Below are positions 8,771 to 18,185 of a DNA stretch of 64,000 nt, one piece after another. Origin of the DNA: an uncultured Methanosarcinales archaeon (lineage in GTDB: Archaea > Nanobdellota > Nanobdellia > Woesearchaeales > ARS49); the NCBI GenBank assembly GCA_964637115.1, contig CAZWVL010000003.1, positions 64,001 through 128,000 of the forward strand, given 5' to 3'. Within the stretch, counting starts at the first letter, position 1; the number at the start of each line of letters is the position of its first letter. The position numbers were made by a program, and so were the translations under genes. Below the pieces are notes generated by a model. That model saw only the letters and a list, made by a program, of their open reading frames with translations. It was not told the DNA's origin and did no database searches.

Positions 8771-9169
8771 ATGGTTAGTTTCAAGGTGGTTATCGGCACA
8801 AAACAAGGCAAGTGTGTCCAGAAGGACATACAAGATCCTGAAGCCAAAACATTTCTAGGAAAAAAGATAGGCGACACCATCTCAGGAGACCACATCGGTC
8901 TTGCAGGCTACGAGTTTATGGTAACGGGCGGAAGCGATTATTGTGGATTCCCAATGAGAAAAGATGTTGAAGGGTTTGCACGCAAACGAATTCTCGCAAT
9001 CAAAGGCATTGGCTTAAAGATGGAAGCAAAAGGAATCAGACAGCGCAAGACGGTCTGCGGCAATACAATCCATCCGAAAATAGCACAAGTAAACCTGAAA
9101 GTCACGAAAGAAGGCAAGGAACCTTTGGCAATACCAGCAGCAGAAAAGAAAGAAGAAGCGGCCAAGTAA
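8771..9169 (+). CDS. rps6e: 30S ribosomal protein S6e
   Basis: FLGKKIGDTISGDHIGLAGYEFMVTGGSDYCGFPMRKDV...RQRKTVCGNTI...AQVNLKV. Confidence 0.95.
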   Translation: MVSFKVVIGTKQGKCVQKDIQDPEAKTFLGKKIGDTISGDHIGLAGYEFMVTGGSDYCGFPMRKDVEGFARKRILAIKGIGLKMEAKGIRQRKTVCGNTIHPKIAQVNLKVTKEGKEPLAIPAAEKKEEAAK

Positions 9170-9216
9170 TACGACATTAAGTTTATATACAGCTAATTCT
9201 GTAAATAGCCCAAAAG

Positions 9217-10122
9217 ATGGCTGACGAAGAACTAGTAAAAAAGTTTGTAGAACTGCATTCACAAACAGAACAATTGCTAAACGATGACAAGATTGCTGAT
9301 GCAAAACAAAAATATCTTGACGTTGTCAATGCATATCACGAAATCGAGAAAAGCACCCTGGAACATTTCCACAAAGAATTAGCTTACGACCAGGTAACGC
9401 AACTGTTCAAAAAAGTAAATGAAGCAAAAGAACGCGTGAAGATACCATACCACCTGATTCTCGCAGCAGTTTTGATCATAGGATTCAGCATTGTCATCTT
9501 CTTCAAGCCAAGTATCGTCGGACTCGCAGGATTTGAAGACTTAATCAGACAGCCAACAGACTTAGTATTTACGGAAACAAAATTACAACAGGTTTCACTG
9601 CGCGACAGACCATTAACACTCGCAGCAAGCGGAGAATTTATTGGAAAAGTGAAGCTCTTCTACAAAAAAGGAGACAAGTTCGAATTAATATTTGATTCAG
9701 AAAAAAGCAAGAGCACAAACGGCAGCTTCACAGACGTATGCGAAGAAACCTGCGAAATAATTGCAGATTCAAACGCCATAGAACTATTTGCAGACGTTGA
9801 AAACGGAAGCAGGCTGCACGTCAAGGAACTATTGTACAAAATAGAGCGCAAAGACAACACAGCTCCCGCGTGGACAGGAACAACAAAAACATTTACGGCA
9901 AAGAAAGGCGCGACATTAACAATTGACTTAAATCAATATTTCACAGACGCAGAAACTGACCCATTGGTTTACTTAAGCACAACAGATGAAGGTCTTGAAG
10001 TAACTGTACAGAACAGCAAAGTCACGATAACGCCGAAAGCAGAAGGAACAAAAAACATAGTATTCATTTCTTCTGACTTGTTAGAAGTCACGAAGGTTCC
10101 GGTTACTATTGAAGTTAAGTGA
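9217..10122 (+). CDS. Single-pass membrane protein with N-terminal helical domain and C-terminal cadherin/Ig-like domain
   Basis: About 75 aa helical N-terminus, TM (LILAAVLIIGFSIVIFF), then NTAPAWTG...TLTIDLNQYFTDAETDPLVY...VTITP...FISSD, typical of cadherin-like repeats. Confidence 0.65.
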   Translation: MADEELVKKFVELHSQTEQLLNDDKIADAKQKYLDVVNAYHEIEKSTLEHFHKELAYDQVTQLFKKVNEAKERVKIPYHLILAAVLIIGFSIVIFFKPSIVGLAGFEDLIRQPTDLVFTETKLQQVSLRDRPLTLAASGEFIGKVKLFYKKGDKFELIFDSEKSKSTNGSFTDVCEETCEIIADSNAIELFADVENGSRLHVKELLYKIERKDNTAPAWTGTTKTFTAKKGATLTIDLNQYFTDAETDPLVYLSTTDEGLEVTVQNSKVTITPKAEGTKNIVFISSDLLEVTKVPVTIEVK

Positions 10123-10150
10123 AAAAGTTCTTTGCAACTATATAATATGC

Positions 10151-10279
10151 GCTATAGTAACATTTATATACCTTGAAGCAAGAGTTCCAAATACAAAAAA
10201 GGTGGTTTGCTATAGTAATCACTGGGGATTTATAGTATGAAAAGAGCAGCGTTGAACTCTGTTCAACTGGTCTTTTTTT
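10151..10279 (+). promoter_or_regulatory. Candidate control region of the surface operon: GCTATAGTAA direct repeats, TATA box, hairpin + T tract
   Basis: GCTATAGTAA at 10151-10160 and 10209-10218; TTTATATA at 10163-10170; GTTGAAC-tct-GTTCAAC at 10251-10267 followed by a T7 run. Confidence 0.5.
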
Positions 10280-10300
10280 CGTTTAAAGAGGGTGAAGTTC

Positions 10301-12457
10301 GTGACTAACGAAAAAAAGGGTCAGATTACTATTTTTATAATCATAGGTCTAATACTTCTTGTCATAATTGGCACGGCCATCTATCTCAGCACAAGAGAAG
10401 CTAGAAGACCATTCGAAGTAGCACGGCCGAAAGTAGCAGAGCTATCAACAGAAGTACAACCATTACGCGATTTTGTCGAATCCTGCATCCAACGACTGGC
10501 AACAGACGGTCTTAGAAAAATAGGAGACTCAGGAGGTTATGTAGACCAGAAATATCTCCAGTACAATATTCTTTCTCCAACCGAAGGCGAAGCAGTACAA
10601 ATGTCGCCCGGAGCAGGGCCGTCAGTAGCATACTGGTGGTATTTGAAAAGCAACAACAAATGCCAGCCACCAAACTGCGTTTTTGACTCGAAACGCCCAG
10701 GACTCAGAAGAGGGGATGGGCAGATAACAATCGAAGGACAACTTGACGAATACGTTACAAACAATCTGCGCACCTGCCTTGGAAACTTTGAAGACTACCA
10801 AAAACGAGGTTGCAAGGTGCAAGAACTTGATGATCCAAAAGTCACGGCAAACGTGGCAACAGACGACATATTCTTTGTAGGCAAGTACTCTTTAAGAGCA
10901 GTATGCGGCGGACACAGCTACGACATTGAAGACTATTACGTCACAATAGACCTGAACATCAGAGAAATCTACAATCTTGCAACAGAATTAACCAATTACG
11001 AAAAAGACTACAGACTGCTTGAAAGCGCAACCAAAAATCTAATCTACACCTTCAGCGATGTTGACTCAAGCAAACTTCCGCCACCGCGCGACCTGCAAGT
11101 AGGCCCGCCAAAACCAGGAGTGTTCTGGATAAAAAGCGAAGTAGCAAAGAAGCTTACAGGATTAGTTGCTGCTTACATTCCACTCATACAAACATCAGGT
11201 GTGAGTAACTATCACTACATTACAGCGCCAGAAGGAGTAAGAGACCCAGAAAACTTTGAACTGCTATATAACAGACAATTCTATCTGCCATTAAACTCAA
11301 CACACCCGAAATTAGGGGTAAGATTCAGCTATCTAGACTGGTGGAAGCCATACTTCAACCTGAACTGCAAAGGAGAACTTTGCAGAGCAGATTCTGGCAG
11401 CAATTTCGCACTGCTGCCAATAACAATCAACAGATACCAATTCGCATACGACTTCAGCTATCCTGTTCTGGTTGAAATCAGAAATTCAGAGGCGTTCAAC
11501 ACAGAAGGATACAGCTTCAACTTCTTTTTAGAACAAAACCTGAGAAACTCTGACGCGTTCACAACAGACGTTCCTGAATTCCAGGCAGCAGCAGCAAGAA
11601 CAGCACCATCAATTTTCTGCGATCCAAAACAACAAACCTCGGGAACAGTAAGCCTATTTGTCAAGGACGCTAAAAACCTGAAAGGAACGGAAGATGCGTC
11701 AGTCAGCTTCCTCTGCGGAGACAACGCGTGCATGTTCGGATCCACAAGAAACGGAAGCCTCTCAAGCAAATTCCCCCGCTGCGTAGGAGGAACACTGAGA
11801 ATAAACAAACAAGGATATGCGAGCTTCTCATCGCCCCTCGACACGCAAAGAGAAGAACCAATGAAAATTGACGTTTTACTCGAGCCAGTGCGCACAGTAA
11901 ATGCAACCGTACGAAATTTTGCACTAACGAAGGCAGGCAAACACGACCAGTGGGACTTCAGAGAAGGCGGATCATTAAGGCCGAGCGACAATCAAGAAAC
12001 AACCATACAATTAACGAGAATTGGAAACTCCTGGGAAGAATCATTCAGCTCAGTAGTCAGCTTAACCGGTGATGAAAGCAAAGAAATGTTCATCATACCG
12101 GGAAATTACAGCATAACAATAAACAGTTTCCTAAGAGAAAACCTGACCATACCACCAGACCAGCGCTGCTTCAAAATCAAAAAACTCTTCGGCAGCAAAC
12201 GAAAATGCTTCTGGGTGCCCCAAAACGCCATTGTCTTTAACGAGACCTCGCCATTCCCATACGGGGGAGCAGAATATGAGTATGAGTTCACAAGCTCAAT
12301 GCTAAGAGCAGCAAACAAGATAGAATTCAAACAATTCATCATTGCCATAGACCGAGTGCCAGAAGACAAACGAATTGTAGAAGATTTGAACCAAATCGAT
12401 AATGTAAACGCATATGCGCTGTCAAACCTTGACCGTATATACCCGGTGATAACATGA
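10301..12457 (+). CDS. Large class III-signal (KKGQ) protein A1, Cys-containing, paralog of 18186..20219
   Basis: GTG 10301 after GAGGGTGA gives MTNEKKGQITIFIIIGLILLVII; FVESCIQRLATDGL...GGYV, YQFAYDFSYPVLVEI and CGDNACMFGST match A2. Confidence 0.8.
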   Translation: MTNEKKGQITIFIIIGLILLVIIGTAIYLSTREARRPFEVARPKVAELSTEVQPLRDFVESCIQRLATDGLRKIGDSGGYVDQKYLQYNILSPTEGEAVQMSPGAGPSVAYWWYLKSNNKCQPPNCVFDSKRPGLRRGDGQITIEGQLDEYVTNNLRTCLGNFEDYQKRGCKVQELDDPKVTANVATDDIFFVGKYSLRAVCGGHSYDIEDYYVTIDLNIREIYNLATELTNYEKDYRLLESATKNLIYTFSDVDSSKLPPPRDLQVGPPKPGVFWIKSEVAKKLTGLVAAYIPLIQTSGVSNYHYITAPEGVRDPENFELLYNRQFYLPLNSTHPKLGVRFSYLDWWKPYFNLNCKGELCRADSGSNFALLPITINRYQFAYDFSYPVLVEIRNSEAFNTEGYSFNFFLEQNLRNSDAFTTDVPEFQAAAARTAPSIFCDPKQQTSGTVSLFVKDAKNLKGTEDASVSFLCGDNACMFGSTRNGSLSSKFPRCVGGTLRINKQGYASFSSPLDTQREEPMKIDVLLEPVRTVNATVRNFALTKAGKHDQWDFREGGSLRPSDNQETTIQLTRIGNSWEESFSSVVSLTGDESKEMFIIPGNYSITINSFLRENLTIPPDQRCFKIKKLFGSKRKCFWVPQNAIVFNETSPFPYGGAEYEYEFTSSMLRAANKIEFKQFIIAIDRVPEDKRIVEDLNQIDNVNAYALSNLDRIYPVIT

Positions 12458-15400
12458 GAAAGTTATGCATCATTGCCCTGTTTATGATGGCTCTGATAGT
12501 CAGCATACCGGTAGTATGGGCACAAGAACTAAGCATACAGCAATTCAACGGCAAAGGCAGCAGCAAAGGGGTAGCAAGAACACACGATGAGCTCACGATA
12601 GAAGTTCTCGCAAAGATTCCAGGCGAGGACATAATCAACGAAAGCCAAGTAAGACTATACGTGGAAGACAGCTATTCAAATTTTGATTCCTGCACGTCGG
12701 CAAGCGGCGGATATTACAAGTGCATTTTCCACGAACCAGACTTTGAAGCATACGAGCCAATCGTTTTCACGATAGAACTCCGAAATGACGCGGAAGACAT
12801 AGTGGGCAGCGAAGTAAAAACCCTAATTGTGGACGCTAATGGGCCAGTAATCAAAGATTTTACTGTTGAACCGAACGTGACAAGCGGGGAAGTTTCTGTT
12901 TCATACGTTGCAGAAGATTATGGTCTCAATTACGGAAGCACAGATCAGTGTGCAGGCATCAAACAAATCGTCATAACAGCAGGAAACATTAGCGTAACGG
13001 ACGCAGGCCAGCAAGAAGTATGCACAAAAGACAACACATTGCAACTAACTCTGACAAAACCAGGAAAGCAGCAAGTCTGCGCAACAGCAACAGACCACGC
13101 CAACTACGCCAGCGCGCCAAAATGCACGGAAGTAAGAGTGGACAAAGCTCCGCCAAACATTGAAAAACTGTCAATCTTAGACGACGAAGGATTCTTAATA
13201 ACACACGTGCACTCAGGCGAAGAAAGAACAGCAACAATTACTGCAACAATAAGCGATGACGGCGGAGTTGACAGCAACGAAGTCTACGGAAATTTCTTCC
13301 AATTAAATCCGAACCTTCCAGATGTAATTCCACCTGATTTAGCCTCAGGAGACCTTTACAGCTGGACAGGAATAGGAGTAAGCGAAGTCAGTCCTTGCCA
13401 GTTGAAAATAACGGCTAAAGACATTCTCGGAAATTTCGCGGAGAAACAATTCTCCTGCGACATAAGAGCAGACGATACTCCGCCAATCGTGAAAGGAATC
13501 ATTTCAGAAGCAAACAGAGGAGGAGTTCCGCTGTTTGGATACGGAACACCGCTCATTGTAGAACTTGAAGACCGCGATAATGCAGGCGGAGACGGCATAG
13601 GATTTGTAAGCAAAAAAGTCTACCTTGACATGCACGAGCTTGGAATTGGAAGCAACGTCCAGGCAGATGCCTGCTCACGTTATTCCGGGGCAACGTGGAG
13701 ATGCTTATGGTTCTTGACACCACCAGCAACAGTTCAAGAAAACACGTACCACATACAAGTTCTTGCAGACACAGCAGATGACTTGGGAAATACCGTCGGC
13801 AACGTAGCAGATTACGAGATAATCTACGACAACACAGGACCATACCCGCCACAAGTTCTTGACTTCAAGGTAATATCAGGAGAAGAAGGAGTAGAATATC
13901 GAGGCGGAGCAATCAAAGGAAGCTTTGTACAATACACAGTCAGATCAGCAGACTTCACAACAAGTTATGCAAACTTCACAGACATCGGAGGCAGCGCACA
14001 AACAGGAGCAACAACCTGCACTCCAACAACCGGCAATGCGAGTGACTGCATATTTGAAAGTTTAGTGGATTTAAGCGGACCATACACATCATACTTCACG
14101 TTCGTATTTGCAGACGATGCAAACAACACTGCACGAACAAACGCAACTCTTGAGATTTACGGCATTGATAATGAAACGAATGTCAAGTACTGGAAGTCAC
14201 CTCCAACAGTAACGTGCAGTCCATACGTCATTGACAGATCAACAGCATCACTAATTCCGCCAATAGCAACATGCAGAGTAGATTTAGAAACACCGCGCAG
14301 AGACATAACAACACTAGCAATTGCAGGGCCAACGGCGCCAGACGAATGCACTGGCGACATCGAACTTTTCTTGAATGATATTTACGTGACGAACACAGTA
14401 GAGGGCAGCACGCATCCATACGTGTTCATGAAGCTCGAACCAAGAGATTATGTGTTTAATGAACTAAACATCAACTGCCCGCTGTCAGTCTACAGCAAAC
14501 GCGCAGTTACTGCAGGCGGAAAAACAGTCCATTATGTCTCACCAGAACCGCAAGAAGTTCCAGTAAACATGACGCTTAAGTTCCACAGCAATCCTTTGGG
14601 TGAAATAAACGCGAACATCGACGACGAAATCAGAAGCGCAATGAAAGGAGGGCTGGCAAACGCGGCATGGATAAGCGACCTCCGCAAATGGCTCCACTAT
14701 GGAGAATTAATCTGCCAGATAAAAGTCCTCATCACCAACATCATCAGCGCGCTGTTTATGGTAAGCATAGTGCTTGGCATAACAGCAGTTGCGGTGAGAG
14801 CAACAGGTGTAGGAGCTGGCGCAGCAGAAGTGCCTGCTCAGGCAGCAAAAGCAACTTGCACCGCAGAAGAAGGAGGCTCGGAAAGCTACAAGATAAGCTT
14901 AGGATTCCTTGATTCAATCTGCTCAGTAATCAACTGCGCAGCAGTAAGCGGCAAAGGTTCAGGCATAGAAGCATACGCAGGAGGAGGAGTGCCCTGGTGC
15001 TCAAATATGCGGGCATACTTGCAAAACCTTGACCCAACAGGCCAAGGAGCACTCGACCTTGATGTCAAGAACTCACTCGTACTAAGCATAATATGTTTAT
15101 GCCTGCCAGGCATTATTTACAACTTAGACAAGCTCAGACAAATACAATGCTTTAAGGCAGTCTGTTTGCACGATGACGTCAAATTATCCGGCTATCCTGC
15201 AAGCTTCTGCGATGAAATGTACGGCTACATGATGTGCGCGTTTGTCATTGGAGAACTATTCTCCCTATTCCCATTCATAGCATTCTTCGACAAGATAATG
15301 AACATGGTATTAGACCTAATAACAAACCCAGTTGCACTATTCCTCACAGGACTCGGCTGGGTGTGCACACAAACCTGCTATACAATCGGCACGCAACCAG

Positions 15401-15561
15401 TATTATACACCGGTTGTGCGATATTGAAAACAGTATCGACAGTAGCAGAAGCAGTAGCAGCGTGGAAAACATACCAGAAAAACAAAGATTCATTCGGCAC
15501 AGTAGGAAACAACTACTGCGATAGAATGGAAGAACTGGAAGACGAGATGGGGGAAGGATGA
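12454..15561 (+). CDS. Large secreted protein B1: Ig-like repeats plus C-terminal Cys-rich hydrophobic helical domain
   Basis: Signal peptide MRKLCIIALFMMALIVSIPVVWA; repeated DxxxPxI Ig-boundary motifs; C-terminal hydrophobic segments with CLCLPGII; ATGA overlap with A1. Confidence 0.8.
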   Translation: MRKLCIIALFMMALIVSIPVVWAQELSIQQFNGKGSSKGVARTHDELTIEVLAKIPGEDIINESQVRLYVEDSYSNFDSCTSASGGYYKCIFHEPDFEAYEPIVFTIELRNDAEDIVGSEVKTLIVDANGPVIKDFTVEPNVTSGEVSVSYVAEDYGLNYGSTDQCAGIKQIVITAGNISVTDAGQQEVCTKDNTLQLTLTKPGKQQVCATATDHANYASAPKCTEVRVDKAPPNIEKLSILDDEGFLITHVHSGEERTATITATISDDGGVDSNEVYGNFFQLNPNLPDVIPPDLASGDLYSWTGIGVSEVSPCQLKITAKDILGNFAEKQFSCDIRADDTPPIVKGIISEANRGGVPLFGYGTPLIVELEDRDNAGGDGIGFVSKKVYLDMHELGIGSNVQADACSRYSGATWRCLWFLTPPATVQENTYHIQVLADTADDLGNTVGNVADYEIIYDNTGPYPPQVLDFKVISGEEGVEYRGGAIKGSFVQYTVRSADFTTSYANFTDIGGSAQTGATTCTPTTGNASDCIFESLVDLSGPYTSYFTFVFADDANNTARTNATLEIYGIDNETNVKYWKSPPTVTCSPYVIDRSTASLIPPIATCRVDLETPRRDITTLAIAGPTAPDECTGDIELFLNDIYVTNTVEGSTHPYVFMKLEPRDYVFNELNINCPLSVYSKRAVTAGGKTVHYVSPEPQEVPVNMTLKFHSNPLGEINANIDDEIRSAMKGGLANAAWISDLRKWLHYGELICQIKVLITNIISALFMVSIVLGITAVAVRATGVGAGAAEVPAQAAKATCTAEEGGSESYKISLGFLDSICSVINCAAVSGKGSGIEAYAGGGVPWCSNMRAYLQNLDPTGQGALDLDVKNSLVLSIICLCLPGIIYNLDKLRQIQCFKAVCLHDDVKLSGYPASFCDEMYGYMMCAFVIGELFSLFPFIAFFDKIMNMVLDLITNPVALFLTGLGWVCTQTCYTIGTQPVLYTGCAILKTVSTVAEAVAAWKTYQKNKDSFGTVGNNYCDRMEELEDEMGEG

Positions 15562-17306
15562 GAAAAATCCTCATTATTATTCTGATTGTACTCCTGGTTG
15601 GGTCGGTGATAGTTGAAGCTCAACAAACGTCATCCTCTGGAATTACTGTCACCCGTCGCGTGGAACCAGGCACACAGCCAGCAGCTGCTGCAAAACCAGG
15701 TGTAAAACCACCTACGCAGTACAATTACGTTGCTGAGAGGGACATTTCAAAAGATGAACCAGTTGTTGTAACAACAGGCGGCATTAGATACTACGAGTAC
15801 AAATTTGATACAGATATACGTAAAGGAGATACAATCGCATCACCAGATGCATTAGACACCAAAGTTCTGCAACAAATTCCTCCAGAAGTAAAAAAAGAAA
15901 CTGACAAAAACCGAGAATATACGTATACTTCTGAAACCAACACCTTCGTTTGGTCAAAAGATAAACCAAAAGACGAATATATTATTGAAACAAAGACCGA
16001 CCTCAAAGTAAGCGACGACGGCGAAAGCACAACCAGAGAAACCACACAATCAGTGTATGATAAAACACCTGAAAAAGAAAAGGGCGAATACGTTGAAGGA
16101 TCAAAGCGCACAGAAATTAAAGAAACAAAAACAGCGTCAAAAACAGATCCAAAAACAGGAAAAACAACCGAACGACAAGTGATTGCCAACGAAGGCAGAA
16201 GACTCTATGACAAGCAGGGCAATGAAATCGGAATCCTCTGGACCGGCTATTCAGCATCCGAAAAAAACCCATTGGTGAGCGAGAAAACTTCACTTACCTT
16301 TGTGGGTAAGGATGGTCATACATACTATTATGCTACCCGAGACCCGGACGGCAATCAAGTCATTATGGTAAATGAGCTGGATAAGATGAAAGAAGCCGGG
16401 TTTACAGACGAACAAATAAATCAAGCTAGAGTTGATATCGTCGCGTCAGGCGTCATTGGATTCTTGGATTCTCTAAAAGTGCTCACCTGGCAGCAAAGCC
16501 TCGGCAGATTCATGAGGGCATACTACGAATTTGCAGGATTAAGACAATTATCATCATTATTATGGCCAAGTTATGATGCGGAAGTGCAGGCAAGAAAAGC
16601 AGAAATCCAGCAAAAATTCTGCATTACAGCAGGCATAACAAACTGCGCAATCTCAAAAATATGCGGCACAATATATCCAATCGGTGCAGACAACGTCCTT
16701 GCAGGCAGAGGGCCAGGAGGCAAATTTGTATCCAGCGCCTCACTCAACGCAGAGCGCTCAATCCCAATAGAAGTAGAAGGAATGACAAGACAACAAATGA
16801 TAGACTTGTTCGGCAATGCAACAGTCATCAAAGGAGTGCTTGTAAACCTCACAGACCCGGCATTTGATCCAAGAGTACTTGGCAGGATGAAACTCAGGCT
16901 CTACCACGTGCAGTATAGCGTAACAAACAATGCAGAAGATGAAAAGGAACTCAAGTACAACCTGCACTTCAGAAGAGTTGGAGAACAATTGAACTCAAGC
17001 TATGGAAAACCAGTCTACCAGTCGCGCTGGTGGACAGACAACGCGCCAACATTATCCTATCTTGCAACCGCACGCGACCACATTTACAAGTTCAGCGCAA
17101 CAGAATATGATAATGTATGCCTGGAGTTTGACCCAAAACTGCCGTCAGGACACGCAGCATTCTCAGACATGGTCGATGAATTATGCGTGCCATTCATAGA
17201 ATACGCAGGCGGGCCAACAGAAATAACGCCAGGCGCACAAGCAGCAGCAGGAACACAGCCTGCCCCAGGAGCACCTGTTTCAAGCGTGCCAGGAGCAGCG
17301 GTATGA
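15558..17306 (+). CDS. Secreted/membrane-anchored protein C with charged low-complexity N-half and Cys-containing C-half
   Basis: MRKILIIILIVLLVGSVIVEA signal; K/E/T-rich region aa 20-230; ATGA overlaps at both ends. Confidence 0.75.
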   Translation: MRKILIIILIVLLVGSVIVEAQQTSSSGITVTRRVEPGTQPAAAAKPGVKPPTQYNYVAERDISKDEPVVVTTGGIRYYEYKFDTDIRKGDTIASPDALDTKVLQQIPPEVKKETDKNREYTYTSETNTFVWSKDKPKDEYIIETKTDLKVSDDGESTTRETTQSVYDKTPEKEKGEYVEGSKRTEIKETKTASKTDPKTGKTTERQVIANEGRRLYDKQGNEIGILWTGYSASEKNPLVSEKTSLTFVGKDGHTYYYATRDPDGNQVIMVNELDKMKEAGFTDEQINQARVDIVASGVIGFLDSLKVLTWQQSLGRFMRAYYEFAGLRQLSSLLWPSYDAEVQARKAEIQQKFCITAGITNCAISKICGTIYPIGADNVLAGRGPGGKFVSSASLNAERSIPIEVEGMTRQQMIDLFGNATVIKGVLVNLTDPAFDPRVLGRMKLRLYHVQYSVTNNAEDEKELKYNLHFRRVGEQLNSSYGKPVYQSRWWTDNAPTLSYLATARDHIYKFSATEYDNVCLEFDPKLPSGHAAFSDMVDELCVPFIEYAGGPTEITPGAQAAAGTQPAPGAPVSSVPGAAV

Positions 17307-18184
17307 AAATTGGAACGCCAAGAATTATTGGAATTTTATTGATAATAATAGCAGCGCTTGTTTACTTCACCGGACTAAAAGGGTGGTTTGGATTGGGAAT
17401 AGCAGGACTCATTTTGCTGATAGCTTCATTAAATTACACGCAAAAAATGCTAGACCAGTTGATAGAAGCAGTCTCAGAATGGAAAACACTGTTTATCACA
17501 GCACTCTACGACGCAATCTGCTGGCTATTGATATTCGGCAGCGTATACTTCTTCCAATGGAGACTACAGGTAAAATCAGCAATAGCACAGGCAGGCACGG
17601 TACTCACCAGAGAAGCAATGGCGAGTCCACAGTTAACTGCTCAAAACGCAACCCAACTCCAAGGATTCTTCTTTTTCATCCTCACAAGCGCAATCATACT
17701 ATTGGTTTTCAGTTTCCTGGCATATTCGATCTCACGCGGATTCATCTGGACAACAATCGCCAAACAAAAAGCGGATAAAAAATTCTTCACCAGATGGCTT
17801 GGACTGAATGCAATCTGGTGGATAATCTGGACTCCAATATTCCTCATAATCATATTCGCCCTTAAAGGAAGCCCATTGACAAAAGGAGCAATCCTGTTCA
17901 TAATGATGATAGCAGCATACTTCACACCGCTAGTACAAGTTTTGTTCCTGCGGACGAGAAAAATAGGTTACAGTCTCGCAAACGGACTAGGGTGGGGATT
18001 ATCAAAACTGCATCTGCTTATAGTGCCTTATACGTACGCGTTTGTCATATACATAATAATTTACCAATTGTTCAGATTATTTCAAAACACTACAGCAATG
18101 CGGCCAGTATCAATGCTGTTTGTCGTGCTATTCATCGCGTGGCTGAGAATATACCTCTATCACATTATCAAACAATTCAAGTAA
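17303..18184 (+). CDS. Polytopic membrane protein D1
   Basis: About 7-8 hydrophobic segments; start reset to ATG 17303 (MKIGTPRII), which overlaps the upstream stop as ATGA. Confidence 0.8.
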   Translation: MKIGTPRIIGILLIIIAALVYFTGLKGWFGLGIAGLILLIASLNYTQKMLDQLIEAVSEWKTLFITALYDAICWLLIFGSVYFFQWRLQVKSAIAQAGTVLTREAMASPQLTAQNATQLQGFFFFILTSAIILLVFSFLAYSISRGFIWTTIAKQKADKKFFTRWLGLNAIWWIIWTPIFLIIIFALKGSPLTKGAILFIMMIAAYFTPLVQVLFLRTRKIGYSLANGLGWGLSKLHLLIVPYTYAFVIYIIIYQLFRLFQNTTAMRPVSMLFVVLFIAWLRIYLYHIIKQFK

Positions 18185-18185
18185 A

